Origin: a virus | Taxonomy: Duplodnaviria; Caudoviricetes | IMG/VR virus record: IMGVR_UViG_3300013131_003128 | Span: 1-60,215 of that record | Strand: one strand, 5' to 3' | DNA length: 60,215 bases | Part shown: piece after piece, positions 40,101-48,019 of the stretch | Layout: each line of letters begins with the position of its first letter | Numbering within the stretch: the first letter of the stretch is position 1 | Notes under the pieces: model-generated | Told to the model about the DNA's origin: nothing | The model's database searches: none | What the model saw: the letters and a program-made list of their open reading frames with translations, nothing else | Program-made: the position numbers and the translations under genes

Positions 40101-42879
40101 TCATGCTGAATGTTTGACTCAAAGCAAAATAGATGTTGCTGTCATCGTACACTTTGTAAGATAATTTTTTTGCAGCTCCATAAGGAATCATGTCACTGAA
40201 ATAAAAAGGCATGTTAGAATTTTTATCAGCATTGATGTTTTGCATTATGAGATCCACATGTTCACGCACTGTGCCTCCAAATCCACTGTTTTCAGCAGTT
40301 TGCAAAAATAATTTTTTAAATTTGTCATATTCTTTAGCAGCGTAGGTAACTGCTTTGACCACATTGGCTTGTTTTTCTGCTACATGGTACAGAGCCAAAT
40401 TGATTGGTGCACTGTGTTGCACAAATTGAGTGCCATATTTTGTGATATCTCCTAGATCTCTTAGATTGTTAGACCCTGGATTGAAGCCTACAAAGGCGTC
40501 TATACTTTCAACTATGCTGTTCACATGGTTGTTTACTTGGCCAAAAGTAAAACTGTTAACATTGGCATTGAGAGGATTGTTTTGTAAATTGATTGGCATC
40601 TCATAATATCCCAAAGCGGTTTTATATTCATTGCAGTGTGTTTTCAAAACTATTGATTGATTGTCTTGCAATTTTTTATTCAATCTAACATACAGCACAT
40701 CATTGTTTGTGAAAGTGGTAAATTGATTGGATGCCAACAATTCATTATCAACATAAACTTTAAGAATCAAGTTTTGAATCAAACCACTGCGTGCATACTG
40801 ATCAATGGCAAAATCGTTGGTTTGTTCTTTGCCAAAATATTGTCTTATCACCATCTGCCTGCTATTACTTGCAGCTTTGATCCAGCCATGTGTGTATTTT
40901 TTTGATGTTCTTGAGCTGTATTTTTTCAAATATCCCACATCTGTGTTTTTTTGTATCAGCGTGTCACCTTGTTGATAGGTGAAAGAATCCGTTAAAAGGT
41001 TAAAATCATACACTATGTCACCCACATTATTGACATTTCTATATGATAACGGAAACCCCAGTTCTGCGTCATTCACACCTGTGCCAATTCTATAACTAAA
41101 AATTTTATTGCCTAAAAAATTTGTACTGAAATATTTTTGTGTGTCACTAAAACTAACTCCTGTACTATCACATAAGTCAAACAGTGGTGCTTGATTATTT
41201 GAAATTTTTGCTTGTGCTGTTTTCCAAGATTGGCCATTGTAGTAAAACATTTTGCCTTGATTGACTTCACCATTCAAGATCAATACCACTTCATTTTCCA
41301 ATGGTTGAGTATCTTCAACTTCTGTCAGTGCTATTTGTTTGTTGGTGGGGTCACCATCACCACCAAAATTAATTATTTTTACCTGAAATATTTTGTTTTT
41401 GACCAGTATGTCTGTGTCCGCAGTCACTAAAATTCTCATGCCGTTCACCAAATCCACACCATCCACATTGTAACCTGTGGCTCCTTCTATGTCGGAAAAC
41501 ACATCAGTGGTGAATGTGTCAATCACATCCACGTGCTGTTTGGCAAATGTGCCAAACTCATGCAATTTTAAACCAGCTTCGAATTCTATGATGGGTCGTT
41601 TGGCTCTCAGTGTTTCGTCCACATCCAAAGGCACTCCATTGTAGTCGGCCACTGCTTGCAGCACTGATTTGTGGGTCCATTTGTTGTCTCTGCTCCATGG
41701 ATTTCTGTCCAAAGAATTTTTTTTGATTACAATATAATCTTTTTGATCTGCTGCAGTGTCATCAATATCATAAGTGGCTCTGTCAAATCCTTCAGCATCA
41801 TCAAACTGATCTAAATTTTCATCTGCAATGTCATTGGGCACTGCTAGTTCCTGTTCATTGGTCAATTGAATGGATTCGCCCACTCCTTCCACATACCAAT
41901 CGTTCTGTGCATATTTTGCAGGAGTAACATTGCCTTTGAAATTCACTTTCATACCGTTGGAAAGAGCAATACCATTGTTTAATGTGAAATCTTTTTTGCC
42001 TATGAGTTCTTTTTCCACATCTATTTCACTGTTTTCTTCAATATTGGCTATTAGTATTAATCCATAGGCATTGATATCATTGGCCGACACATAATATAAA
42101 GTGTCTGGTGTGTTTGCATCCACCACAAAAGTCATCACGCCTTGCTCTATGTTCTGATCACTCACACCATTGGGAGATTCAGCAAATAAAAAATCTTCAT
42201 CCAAAGTTCTAGCAGTTTTGATAGTGAATGGCAGTCCTGGAGTATTGATATCAAAACGATAAGTGATGCCTCTGTACAGTGTGATGGTGGCATTAACTGT
42301 TTGACCATCTGGTGTCAATAGATAGGCCACATTGTCCTGATTGTCACTCAGCGTGACTGTGTAGGTACTTTGTACCTGTTGCTGTAGTCCTGTGATGGTG
42401 ATGGGATCGGGACCATAGGTCAGCCAGTAATATTCTCTAAAATTTACAAATTTATCCCAGTCAATGTTGGGATTCCAACTGTAGTATTCCTGAGCATTCA
42501 ACACGCTGTGGTTGTCCACATTGCCACCCAAACTTTTGATTTGGTTGATGTAGTCCACATAATCTTTGTGGAAGATTACATTGTTGAGATTGTCTCTGCG
42601 CACCACCACTGGTTCCAATTGGTAGTTTTGTCTATCATCACTGACTTCTTGCACATAACTGTCATTGAACTCAAATGCTTTGGCTGTTTTTCTGCCATAG
42701 AAAGCACTGATTTTTTCCACAGTGCCTGGACTTAGCAGTTGATCTAAAGTACTGTAAAGAAATTTGTTGTTGGTGGGAGTTCTAAAAAACCTTGGCAATA
42801 AGTTGCTGGTTTTTCGCTTGCTGGAATTATCTGATCCAATTGGTAAAGCAAATTCTTCTTGATTATTGTCGTAAGCCAT
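28147..42879 (-). CDS. Giant multidomain virion protein (baseplate wedge gp7/gp8 position)
   Basis: 4910-aa ORF directly downstream of the gp6-like gene; FG-GAP-like blades, CBM5/12-like aromatic motifs, GSGY repeats and GDGST repeats. Confidence 0.75.
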   Translation of the reverse strand: MAYDNNQEEFALPIGSDNSSKRKTSNLLPRFFRTPTNNKFLYSTLDQLLSPGTVEKISAFYGRKTAKAFEFNDSYVQEVSDDRQNYQLEPVVVRRDNLNNVIFHKDYVDYINQIKSLGGNVDNHSVLNAQEYYSWNPNIDWDKFVNFREYYWLTYGPDPITITGLQQQVQSTYTVTLSDNQDNVAYLLTPDGQTVNATITLYRGITYRFDINTPGLPFTIKTARTLDEDFLFAESPNGVSDQNIEQGVMTFVVDANTPDTLYYVSANDINAYGLILIANIEENSEIDVEKELIGKKDFTLNNGIALSNGMKVNFKGNVTPAKYAQNDWYVEGVGESIQLTNEQELAVPNDIADENLDQFDDAEGFDRATYDIDDTAADQKDYIVIKKNSLDRNPWSRDNKWTHKSVLQAVADYNGVPLDVDETLRAKRPIIEFEAGLKLHEFGTFAKQHVDVIDTFTTDVFSDIEGATGYNVDGVDLVNGMRILVTADTDILVKNKIFQVKIINFGGDGDPTNKQIALTEVEDTQPLENEVVLILNGEVNQGKMFYYNGQSWKTAQAKISNNQAPLFDLCDSTGVSFSDTQKYFSTNFLGNKIFSYRIGTGVNDAELGFPLSYRNVNNVGDIVYDFNLLTDSFTYQQGDTLIQKNTDVGYLKKYSSRTSKKYTHGWIKAASNSRQMVIRQYFGKEQTNDFAIDQYARSGLIQNLILKVYVDNELLASNQFTTFTNNDVLYVRLNKKLQDNQSIVLKTHCNEYKTALGYYEMPINLQNNPLNANVNSFTFGQVNNHVNSIVESIDAFVGFNPGSNNLRDLGDITKYGTQFVQHSAPINLALYHVAEKQANVVKAVTYAAKEYDKFKKLFLQTAENSGFGGTVREHVDLIMQNINADKNSNMPFYFSDMIPYGAAKKLSYKVYDDSNIYFALSQTFSMNTLSTKAVQVYLNGAQLLHGIDYSFNNENFCVISKALVVDDLVEIFEYESTIGNHVPPTPTKLGLYPRYQPKIYQDDTLIDPVAVIQGHDGSLIVAFGDYRDNLLLELEKRIYNNIKVVYNKDFRNIHDLFPGAYRDTGYKIENIDQSIIDDFVRWNSLAGGSDYTNSFFYDSLNDFTYNHSHMLSPMGKPLPGFWRAIYKQAYDTDRPHSHPWEMLGFSEQPTWWTQVYGPAPYTSDNLILWEDLQSGVIREPGKKLVYDSRYKRTDLLNHLPVDEDGNLLSPMESNYAKNFILSLSTENFKFGDHAPVETAWRRSSNYPFAVLKAMMLNRPAYTMGVNFDVSRISKNITDEIINNVTEKRISLKDLIFPNSQKDENFILTSGIINYIADYIKTDVLTNYQDYKQSLTSLTQQLGFRVKGFTEKEKFKLLLDSRSPLNKSNVFVPDENYDIHLNISSPVEVLVYSGVVIEKLPQGFVIKGYDSNYPKFNYFKPVKKLDDPIKKVGAVSSQYVVWTVNKRYSATQIVQFQNQYYAAKIDHFSGNKFDNSKYQRLPALPTEGGVVATFSRNFSNTLSTIDYGTVLSKPQDVVDFLLGYSAYLESKGFIFDSFNKDINTVENWGLSAQEFLFWTTQNWRAGAVLALSPAANVLKLKTQYAVADNVFDNFYDYAVLRADGVKILRQRLQVVRQGNDFTLTTKNTSEGIYFVKIPLVQKEHVVLIDNVTVFNDVIYDLAPGYRQERIKVIGYVVSDWNGSLDVPGFVYDEVIVKEWQTYTDYAMSDVVKYKEFFYSANVNVKGSDIFENEFWTRLNQRPVSILRPNFEYKTNQFGDFYDLDTDNFDVTQQKLAQHLIGYQKREYLQNIINDDVAQYKFYQGFIQDKGTKNALSKLFDSLASADKDSIEFYEEWAIRTGQYGAAEAFDEVEYLLDEKKFRLNPQPVLLTDDPTPSDPDFVVRIKSDETYLQSSNYNHRPFPIKTGLEEYVKTAGFVDPEDVNFTLKFYDDILTIDTTQLKFGQYVWIGFFQQSWNIYKHIKIESKVLTVEEQNNLVIVTTDMPVLLNKDDIISVTIPQLNSTQLFKVKSVALDKITCEKNGVTQQTTNDGSSFGFLGKFVSNKLSQLQNINNKASEFAGFKDNDLFWIENNNLDDWVVLKNKKTFQQHQHITNWNTDSSGSYGQSIAVDHSNNVMVVADQNIGLYVYQRGSNGGQFTLRQVIDVPQNIWTGTADFGAAVDISPDGKYIVVGAPKASNVRSYYKGVYNVNASYAVGDIVLHKQQLWSVVNPVLGQDPSVDFTTFSASSFWSEAEYDAGTNSYPEIKQMITGNYTFAGVGADHILIRATTDQYRGSAVGDTLVLYWNNLTTEYPTGNTPFNGTAVGINKAFIDGAHLIDEKIDEIINIDLTITAPLVGDGLNTDNANGTVAYIFTQGTQSIIYLKNVTGNLADAAQIRLGPTPVGDYTRVFLEDYDSVAGWWKIDVPSPGTTSAQADNKKSLVVRDIIKAGDPRTAFLYFNSLDTQQAQSILPTIITPASQLSILSYYKTESIPGYSTYIGDIFDSRFLVRVPKSMSDVLPTATYDEVGIWYNTIQTGAPPAVTEPTALDLPFEDLNGVKEIIDVWNGFLRVLAQPDGLGLFYVPTVGDTVQDDATGSQAEVAYVKVIGFNLLQIYIKNKTGSFSVGTDFGPPVNLTLIGTPNRTVGVIQRSELEDAVVGSLFVFDAVNNLVPASNSAYHFINGLEYYLYQDITQDGVSRTSSVPSRTNRDYEQTFNIPAGLGYISGLNEQGIFMVYQRQRNNSYTLYQSFIVPQAQPAALSAEGNFLGLGTSVKLRQNNNITTLYVGTATTNGGASAGRLYFVKKATTVPDWHLNVDPYYTGLFDVTETYYTNDLVAYNDVIYKSLTIQSPGSFNAIFWEEQPEGIDYLGFVPPGPIPGSPSFPTIEGDSTQNIQSLTSFGSAFDVNDSGSVLAVAIDDLVDSTIQKKLVVYRLNNNRYQFAQTLTSPDSGEDNAEFASKIAVSNNGMLLSVSNPRADQIITDGGVVYLYKQINGVFQSVQTLSSPQPKATERFGNNIDFDGNTLVVSSVNGDTELNFSLDQGLTYFDKGATTFNTKIYNTGSIYVYENYNHVLIYADELSVNNTNLSEFGKNLKIIDNHVYASLPFYINDLASPNTEGLIIDFRKSVDSNTWTNHKTPMYPADLHKVKSIFLYNVKTNKLISKLDYLDPIQGKIAGTAEQELYYKTNYDPAVYTNGHTGVTVDAQTSWSKEQVGRLWWDLSTVKFYNAYQNNIIFANNYWNKLFPGSSIDVCEWVESIYTPQEWNALASSNSAAAVLAGISGTARYNTSTYAERRVYDYISQSFSVRYYFWVKNKTTLPNIEGRKKLSAFDVAQLIEDPRKQFYRHVTLLSDNKFSLYNVANLLQNQDVAINFSFWNIADKNINIHNQYQLISDGVNYSRPNKEIESVWFNSLIGYDENFRTVPDEKLSTKYKYGTLRKPRQSWFINRIEALKQLIERINAVCLKNLIVYNNDISRLSESETVPSSVKRLYDLSKDSFADLAFVGTANVTPAVLTPVIVDGKIITVNIAASGSGYKVVPTYKIIDPRGTGSGAELTLTTNVFGQITNVTVNRSGSNYSNNTRIEVRKFSVLIKSDENINGKWAIYNWDEAEGIWNRSVLQAYNVNLFWNYVDWYADGYGKFTEIDQSISDSYKLQLIDDAIGDIVKIENIGTGGWILLEKIDNKPDVDYTINYKTVGRQNGTIQFSNQLFDFASSISVGFNSTSYDLTTYDYQPITETRIILETIRDSIFVDELETEYNQLFFASLRYVFSEQSSVDWAFKTSFVKGKHNVGELSQKVAYKNDNLENYQDYINEAKPYKTKIREYISAYEFLDNDPMGVTDFDLPATYNAQTNKIEVSVAKIANNQINGYNFTDTYPNKHWFDNLGFKIKDIKISNAGSGYLGVPVLHITGGGGTGATAKAYVTNGKVTRIEIINQGSGYISAPTISIQGTLSTGGVTATAVAVLGDSLIKSTHIRVKFDRTTGTLLITNLVRTENFVGSGNQLKFLLKWPINLKSNKITVTVNQRRALFSEYIYNNAEDTSKSYLRYKGFVTFNQPPALGSTIQIQYEIDANVLQTQDRVNLLYEPTTGQLGKDLAQLIDGIDYGGVEVRSFSFGGGTGWDADPYFTSTWDTYDTTFEDEVFRLDGSTNTFVLSQPLAAGVNYNIYKNGVRIDDPNYGTPQPVSNPNALMKTIVGDGSTTVVQIDEQVIPTVNNDLIVIRKSTSDGSFLPDPDAYDTLLQGGDLTYNTATGILSQDIIVDGDGFVTPTTSKGPEELVPGQVLDTVDIQVYDRSGETGSRINSYNYKGNGTTTTFVIDSLPQSQEGVFVKVNNVIMSNSLYTTDFPTKTVIFNSAPAMNAQINIITMSINGESIVDTDTFLGDGSTFIFVTRAKYNVNQTSYVKVNGQTVSYIVGETDSGYQYTGMTLIRFAIPPAAGSVITYVIYNSVSKTFSEVTYDDFLGDGSTAVYTLSATPFNQEPLTHNVIVKVGNSVLNAGYNERFDVTANRQYALNNWQQPIGSVLNTDVRVFLNGIELVTTQYRWESASSSVFLELGVGTVGDKLKVYVISDGDYTVVGNVLTLDTAPTIGQTIKVWQFTNHDVEQIERINYDVVARSTLVVNSEDYFEYQNLTNGIVRLRDPALDAQYVWVSVNGTTLSPSVDYKISNDQQLLKIRTPLQPNDVLDIVHFTAPKYNVKFGFRQFKDMLNRTHYKRLGNDYKYYLTQNLYWYSQEIFLTDTTGLTVPNPLAGRPGVLFIDGERIEYFLKHNNRVGQLRRGTLGTGIKTVHAVGVETFDQSAFQNVPYADETVTEVFTSDGSTQNITLSWIPQSANEFEVFVAGKRLRKNSINQYNVALGMDSPEADVILPAEFSVTGTSTTLTLTVAPPINTRITVVRRLGKLWNADTALSQTENDIARFLRAKEVSLPQ

Positions 42880-45800
42880 TAATAACTCCCGCTGGAAGAC
42901 CCGCCACCGGAAGAACTGCTAGTGCTACTGGTGATGCCTGTGTTGATTGAGTTGGTAGCAGAGACCACTAAACCACTGGCTCTCAATTTGGAAGCGGTCA
43001 AAGCATCAATTATTTCAACATCCTGTACAGTTGCTCCACTGATAAAAATTTCATCACTTTCAGATTTTATTTCATACAAGCTGCCAAATGTTTGCACCAC
43101 TTGATCTGGCACTATCACAAAGGTCACAATGTCCGGAGCCAGTTGAGTCATTACATAGGTACTGAGTTCGGAAAAATAAAAAGTATCACCAAAATCCCAA
43201 TTTTCTAAATTGAAATATTGATTGATGGCTTGAATCACACGCACCTTGATATCATCATTGTTTGTGACTTCGTTAATATTTTTTACCACTTTAAATGTGG
43301 CTTGAAATTTAGATTCAGATTTATCACCAAATAACACTTTGTATTTGACTGGATGATATATCACTTCATCGCTGATCGATTTGATAAGGTTGATCTGTGT
43401 ACCAAAATTTTTGTACATGGAATCTGAACTCAACGGTAAAGGTTTATTTTCCACAGTGCCGTCCAACCACGATCTAAAATTGGCGTCATATGACCTAGTT
43501 AATAAAAAAACATCTATAATATTGGTTACACTGGGATCTATTCTGCTGGAACTGTCAGCACTGTGTAGATATTGAAATTTTAGACTTGCTCTTCCCAAAT
43601 GAGCTTTGTAATCTCCTATGACTTCAAGAGTTTGGGTACTAATTGATAACTTTTTAAACACTCCCGTCACTGAATTATAAAACACTGTGTCAACATCATA
43701 TGCACTGTAAGCACCTATTTGATTGTCATTAGTTATGACCAAAATATTTTCCAAATCAGCTGACACATAATTAAAGTCGTCAACTCCAGCTGAAGTTATT
43801 TTTTTTTGAAATATGTAATTGTTAGACAATACTAGATCTTTAAAAGCATCAGGGTTATCCATTAATCCGTCATCATTGGAGTCGAATTGAGCGATTTCAA
43901 TTTTTTTACTGTCCACATAACCTTGAATATCTCTATATTCTTGTGTAATCTGCCAATCCACATTGTTCTGCATGGGAGTGAGCACACCCGGAGCAGTGTT
44001 GATAGATAATACAGAAATTTTATCTTTGACTACCTTGCCGCTGTTGGCCACATAGTCTTTGTTGTTGTTGTCATAGAAAAAACGAATTTCTTGATCACTT
44101 TCAAAAACATATCTTAATCCTCGATATGTCACTGTGTAAAGTTCTGTGTCTGTGGTGAACAACAATAACCAGCTGGCATCCTGCTGTTGATTAGAGTTAT
44201 CACCGGTCTTGCCAGTGCTGAAATTTCCAAATACATTTAAATTGGTTTCATCAATCACTGCCCAATCTCTCACAGCAGTGTTGTATCTCAAACCAAACAC
44301 ACTGTTGGAAAATATTTTGTCCAACATCTGCAACTTGATGTCATTGGATAAAACTTTTGAAAATTTTGCGATAATTTGAGTGAGAATAGCTCCTGTGGGT
44401 ATAATATCACTCAATACTATTGGTCCTGTGCTGTCTGGTTGAATCACTGTGCCGCTGTCGATCACTTTGATCACTGTGGCCCATCTTGTTGTGCTGTCTC
44501 CCAATGCATTGGGCGTGCCTGATTGCAACTCACCTTTGCTGTTGAAATAAAATCCAGACGGTGCCACAAATTTACACTGTGCTTGTGCTTCTAAATATTT
44601 CAATACACTTTGCGTAAAACTGCCCACTGTGATTTTATTATCGTCCACATCCTGCAAACATCCTGTGGAAATGCTGCTGCTGGCACTGCTTTGATACCAA
44701 TAGTAGGCCACATCTGTGGTCAATATCAAAGGAAAATTATCTTGATAAAAATTAAAAAGTTTTTTTTCAGCAATAAGAGGTTCAATCACATTATTGATCA
44801 CTCCTTCTATGTCTGTCCTACTGACATAATTAAAAGTGATGCCGTTGTCCACTCGTTCTTTGTAGATTATTCCATCGTTACCGTATATATTGGTGCTGCT
44901 GTATTTGCTGGTAGCGTCCAACAGATCAAAATATCTTGAAATTCCACTGCTGGTTCTGTTGACTGATTTCACCTTGATTATTTCTTGATTGGCAGACAAT
45001 GGAGCAACATTATAATCTTCACCAGTGATCATTCTGTTCTGTGTGTAATATGTGGCTGGTGCATTGGATCTTATGGACGCTGATGTCTCTGAATTACTTG
45101 CATTATCAATGGTGTACTGCAATGACATGGCAATGGTGAGTATTTCGATTTTGCCTGAAGCACTCACATAAGGCATTTGAATTTCAATATTGGTCATGTC
45201 TGCTGGTACAATTTTGAACTGTCTATTGTCACTCACTCGGTAATAGATTCTAAATGCACCTTTGGGCAAATTGCCGAATGTGCCATCAGCAAATTGTAGA
45301 TTGATTCTGTCTTCGGTTCTGGTGATCACACTGTAGATATTTCTAATGGACTTGGCAGTGCTGTTGTAGATCACATTGTTGCCTTCAGTGGCACTCACTT
45401 TGGTCCATAATTCTTGCTCCACTTGATTATTGTTGAGTGAATATAACCACACATCAGTCTGATTGATGTTGTCAGTGTCAATGGACACTATCTGATTGGG
45501 TGTGGACAGTGGCACAGTGAAGTCACCTTGTTGTAGCACACCCTGTCTAAAATGAAAAAAGAATCCTGTGTTGCTGCTGGCATATCCTTTGCCATCATCT
45601 TTGTACACACATGACAATTTGTTTGTGGGCAATGGTGCCAGTTCTTCAATGGCGCCTGAGTTCACGTCCACTGAAACCACTTCAAATTGTGTGTTTCTGC
45701 CGTCTATGGTTTTGGAAAAAGTGAATACTGGTATTTCTTGCAAATTAGAATTGAGTTGATACTGCTCCACAGGAATTCCGTCCACAACGTCTTTTTTATT

Positions 45801-46319
45801 GGGACGACCTATTTTGGTGTTGACTGGCAGTGCAGCATTCAATACTTTTACAAATTGTTCATACCAATCTGCATTGCTGGAGTCGTTCCATATGATGGTT
45901 TGATTGCTGAGATTCACATTGTTGCTGTCAATGATTTCTTCTGAGGTGGAAATTGATTGTATTTTTAAAAGTCCATTGGCACATTGATTGCGTTTGGCAC
46001 TGTAGCTCAACAATCTAGCCAGTCTCAGCACTGATTCTCTACGCTCTGCCAGCTCGATAAAATTCTCTCTGGCATTCAAATCAATTCTAAAAGCAATGTT
46101 TTGTCCCAAGAATGCTATCAGATCTATAAGGGCAAGGTATTCACTGCTCTCCAGATAGTCATTGAAATCTTCAGGATAGTTCTGGCGCAGATAACTGATC
46201 ATGGATCTGCGCAGATTGTCAAAATCATAGCTGGTGAAGTCAGCGTTTCTAAAACTTTGATAGACCTTTCTCCAGTCTTCTGCCAGCAATAATCTATTCA
46301 ATCTATCTGTGGATGACAT
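42879..46319 (-). CDS. Baseplate wedge subunit (T4 gp6-like)
   Basis: DFDNLRRSMISYLRQNYPEDFNDY...ARENFIELAERRESVLRLARLLSY; NAPATYYTQNRMITGEDY. Confidence 0.85.
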   Translation of the reverse strand: MSSTDRLNRLLLAEDWRKVYQSFRNADFTSYDFDNLRRSMISYLRQNYPEDFNDYLESSEYLALIDLIAFLGQNIAFRIDLNARENFIELAERRESVLRLARLLSYSAKRNQCANGLLKIQSISTSEEIIDSNNVNLSNQTIIWNDSSNADWYEQFVKVLNAALPVNTKIGRPNKKDVVDGIPVEQYQLNSNLQEIPVFTFSKTIDGRNTQFEVVSVDVNSGAIEELAPLPTNKLSCVYKDDGKGYASSNTGFFFHFRQGVLQQGDFTVPLSTPNQIVSIDTDNINQTDVWLYSLNNNQVEQELWTKVSATEGNNVIYNSTAKSIRNIYSVITRTEDRINLQFADGTFGNLPKGAFRIYYRVSDNRQFKIVPADMTNIEIQMPYVSASGKIEILTIAMSLQYTIDNASNSETSASIRSNAPATYYTQNRMITGEDYNVAPLSANQEIIKVKSVNRTSSGISRYFDLLDATSKYSSTNIYGNDGIIYKERVDNGITFNYVSRTDIEGVINNVIEPLIAEKKLFNFYQDNFPLILTTDVAYYWYQSSASSSISTGCLQDVDDNKITVGSFTQSVLKYLEAQAQCKFVAPSGFYFNSKGELQSGTPNALGDSTTRWATVIKVIDSGTVIQPDSTGPIVLSDIIPTGAILTQIIAKFSKVLSNDIKLQMLDKIFSNSVFGLRYNTAVRDWAVIDETNLNVFGNFSTGKTGDNSNQQQDASWLLLFTTDTELYTVTYRGLRYVFESDQEIRFFYDNNNKDYVANSGKVVKDKISVLSINTAPGVLTPMQNNVDWQITQEYRDIQGYVDSKKIEIAQFDSNDDGLMDNPDAFKDLVLSNNYIFQKKITSAGVDDFNYVSADLENILVITNDNQIGAYSAYDVDTVFYNSVTGVFKKLSISTQTLEVIGDYKAHLGRASLKFQYLHSADSSSRIDPSVTNIIDVFLLTRSYDANFRSWLDGTVENKPLPLSSDSMYKNFGTQINLIKSISDEVIYHPVKYKVLFGDKSESKFQATFKVVKNINEVTNNDDIKVRVIQAINQYFNLENWDFGDTFYFSELSTYVMTQLAPDIVTFVIVPDQVVQTFGSLYEIKSESDEIFISGATVQDVEIIDALTASKLRASGLVVSATNSINTGITSSTSSSSGGGSSSGSY

Positions 46320-46373
46320 ATATCTCCGTTGTATGAAGTTATTTATTAGGTTTGATTAAATGCTCTGTTAATT

Positions 46374-46820
46374 CTAGCTGATTAAACCCAGCTTTTCGTC
46401 GAACTTTAGACGCAAACTTTCGGAAATATTGTAGGTAAGATAGGTGAGATCGCATTGTATTTGTATGCCGCTTTCATAGGTGTCCACAGTCACTCCTTCC
46501 ACCTGCACTCTGGGGTCATAATTCACAATTGCTGTGACATTGTCAATGATCTGTTGTTTCATGCTTTCTGTGAGTGGTTCAAACAAACTGTCCCAAATAA
46601 TGGTGCCAAATTCAGGGTTTTCTAATTTTTCACCCTGACGTATGTGAAAATGATTGAGCAAATCCTGTCTTATCAATGCAATATCATACAAATTAAAGCT
46701 GTTGGCATTGGGATCCACTGTGCTGATACCTCTGTATGCTCTGGGTCCAGATGCTTGAGTGAATGCTTTTTTAGATTTAAGCACTATGTCTTTGTATAAT
46801 TTTTTTTCCTGTGCGCTCAT
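46374..46820 (-). CDS. Baseplate wedge subunit gp25-like (GPW/gp25 family)
   Basis: LIRQDLLNHFHIRQGEKLENPEFGTIIWDSLFEP...YDPRV. Confidence 0.9.
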   Translation of the reverse strand: MSAQEKKLYKDIVLKSKKAFTQASGPRAYRGISTVDPNANSFNLYDIALIRQDLLNHFHIRQGEKLENPEFGTIIWDSLFEPLTESMKQQIIDNVTAIVNYDPRVQVEGVTVDTYESGIQIQCDLTYLTYNISESLRLKFDEKLGLIS

Positions 46821-46828
46821 ATAGGTAT

Positions 46829-47812
46829 TTATGTGTGTTTTCTTTCGTGTTTATTGATTGCAATTTGTTCTTTGATCCATTGGTAAGTGTGTTTAAGTCC
46901 AGTCTCTAAATCTTCATTTGGCTTCCAACCAGTGTGTAGTTTTATAAATTTATTGTGACTGGTTCTGGCCATCACTCCTGTTGGGCCTGGAACGTTTTTA
47001 ATGCGCACAGTCTTACTAACTATTTTGCAAATAAGCTGCGCTAGATTGTTTATGCTGATCATTCTTTCACTGCCAAGGTTGAGTGGAAATTGGTAATCAC
47101 TGTGCATGATTTTGTGAATGCCTTGTATGCATTCATCGATATAAAGAAAACTGCGTGTTTGATTGCCAGATCCCCAAACCTCGATTTCACCATCTTCTTC
47201 ACACAATGCTATTTTTCTACACAAGGCAGCTGGAACTTTTTCTTTTTCATTGTTCCAAGATCCCAATGGTCCAAAGATGTTATGAAACCTTGCTATTCTC
47301 ACATGAGTGTTGTAATTTTTAGCAAATGAAAGTAAAAGTCTTTCGCTAAAAAGTTTTTCCCAACCGTATTCACTGTCTGGATCAGCAGGATATGCACTGT
47401 CTTCACTTAATGAAATATTGTCTGTATCTTTTTGACTGTGTGCCGGATAGATGCACGCACTGGAACTATAAAAAATTCTTTTCACATCTTTCTTGTGCAT
47501 TGCGCGGATGACGTTAAGATTTATTGTTGCAGAGTTGTACATGATGTCAGCGTCATTTTTACCAGTAAAAATATAACCAGCCCCACCCATATCAGCTGCC
47601 AATTGATAAACCTCTTGCAAATCAGAAGATATCAATTGCTCCACTGCAAATTGATTTCTTAGATCTAGAATGTGAAATTCGTCAGCATCCGTATTAGTGT
47701 ATTCGGGATATTTTAGATCCACACCAATCACATAGTGTCCTTGTTTTTTTAAACTGGTGACCAAATGTGTTCCTATAAACCCACCTGCGCCGCACACTAG
47801 TATTTTTGGCAT
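46829..47812 (-). CDS. NAD-dependent epimerase/dehydratase (GDP-mannose 3,5-epimerase-like)
   Basis: GAGGFIG, LAADMGGAGYI, YSSSACIYP, YGWEK (YxxxK), RFHNIFGP. Confidence 0.88.
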   Translation of the reverse strand: MPKILVCGAGGFIGTHLVTSLKKQGHYVIGVDLKYPEYTNTDADEFHILDLRNQFAVEQLISSDLQEVYQLAADMGGAGYIFTGKNDADIMYNSATINLNVIRAMHKKDVKRIFYSSSACIYPAHSQKDTDNISLSEDSAYPADPDSEYGWEKLFSERLLLSFAKNYNTHVRIARFHNIFGPLGSWNNEKEKVPAALCRKIALCEEDGEIEVWGSGNQTRSFLYIDECIQGIHKIMHSDYQFPLNLGSERMISINNLAQLICKIVSKTVRIKNVPGPTGVMARTSHNKFIKLHTGWKPNEDLETGLKHTYQWIKEQIAINKHERKHT

Positions 47813-47825
47813 AAATTTTATCTGT

Positions 47826-48011
47826 TTATCCTTGTGGAAAAGTCTTGTTAGAAGCTGTGATTATTTTTGCAGAGTAGGAAGCACCATCATCTATTATATC
47901 ACCCAGTCTAGCCACCATCTGTGCCTTGTGTCCTATGAATACCTTGGCTGTGGATTGACTGGCTGCTTCTATGCTGCTGGTGATTGATGCTGGAATAGTA
48001 AAATATAGCAT
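47826..48011 (-). CDS. Short PAAR-like spike tip protein (gp5.4 position)
   Basis: KVFIG...VARLGD...IITAS, directly after the gp5-like gene; late box at 48017-48023; only 61 aa. Confidence 0.55.
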   Translation of the reverse strand: MLYFTIPASITSSIEAASQSTAKVFIGHKAQMVARLGDIIDDGASYSAKIITASNKTFPQG

Positions 48012-48019
48012 AAAAATAT

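Noticed and set aside
25481-42879. Diversity-generating retroelement or invertible fibre cassette
   Set aside because: No reverse transcriptase, recombinase or near-identical template/variable repeat pair seen by eye.
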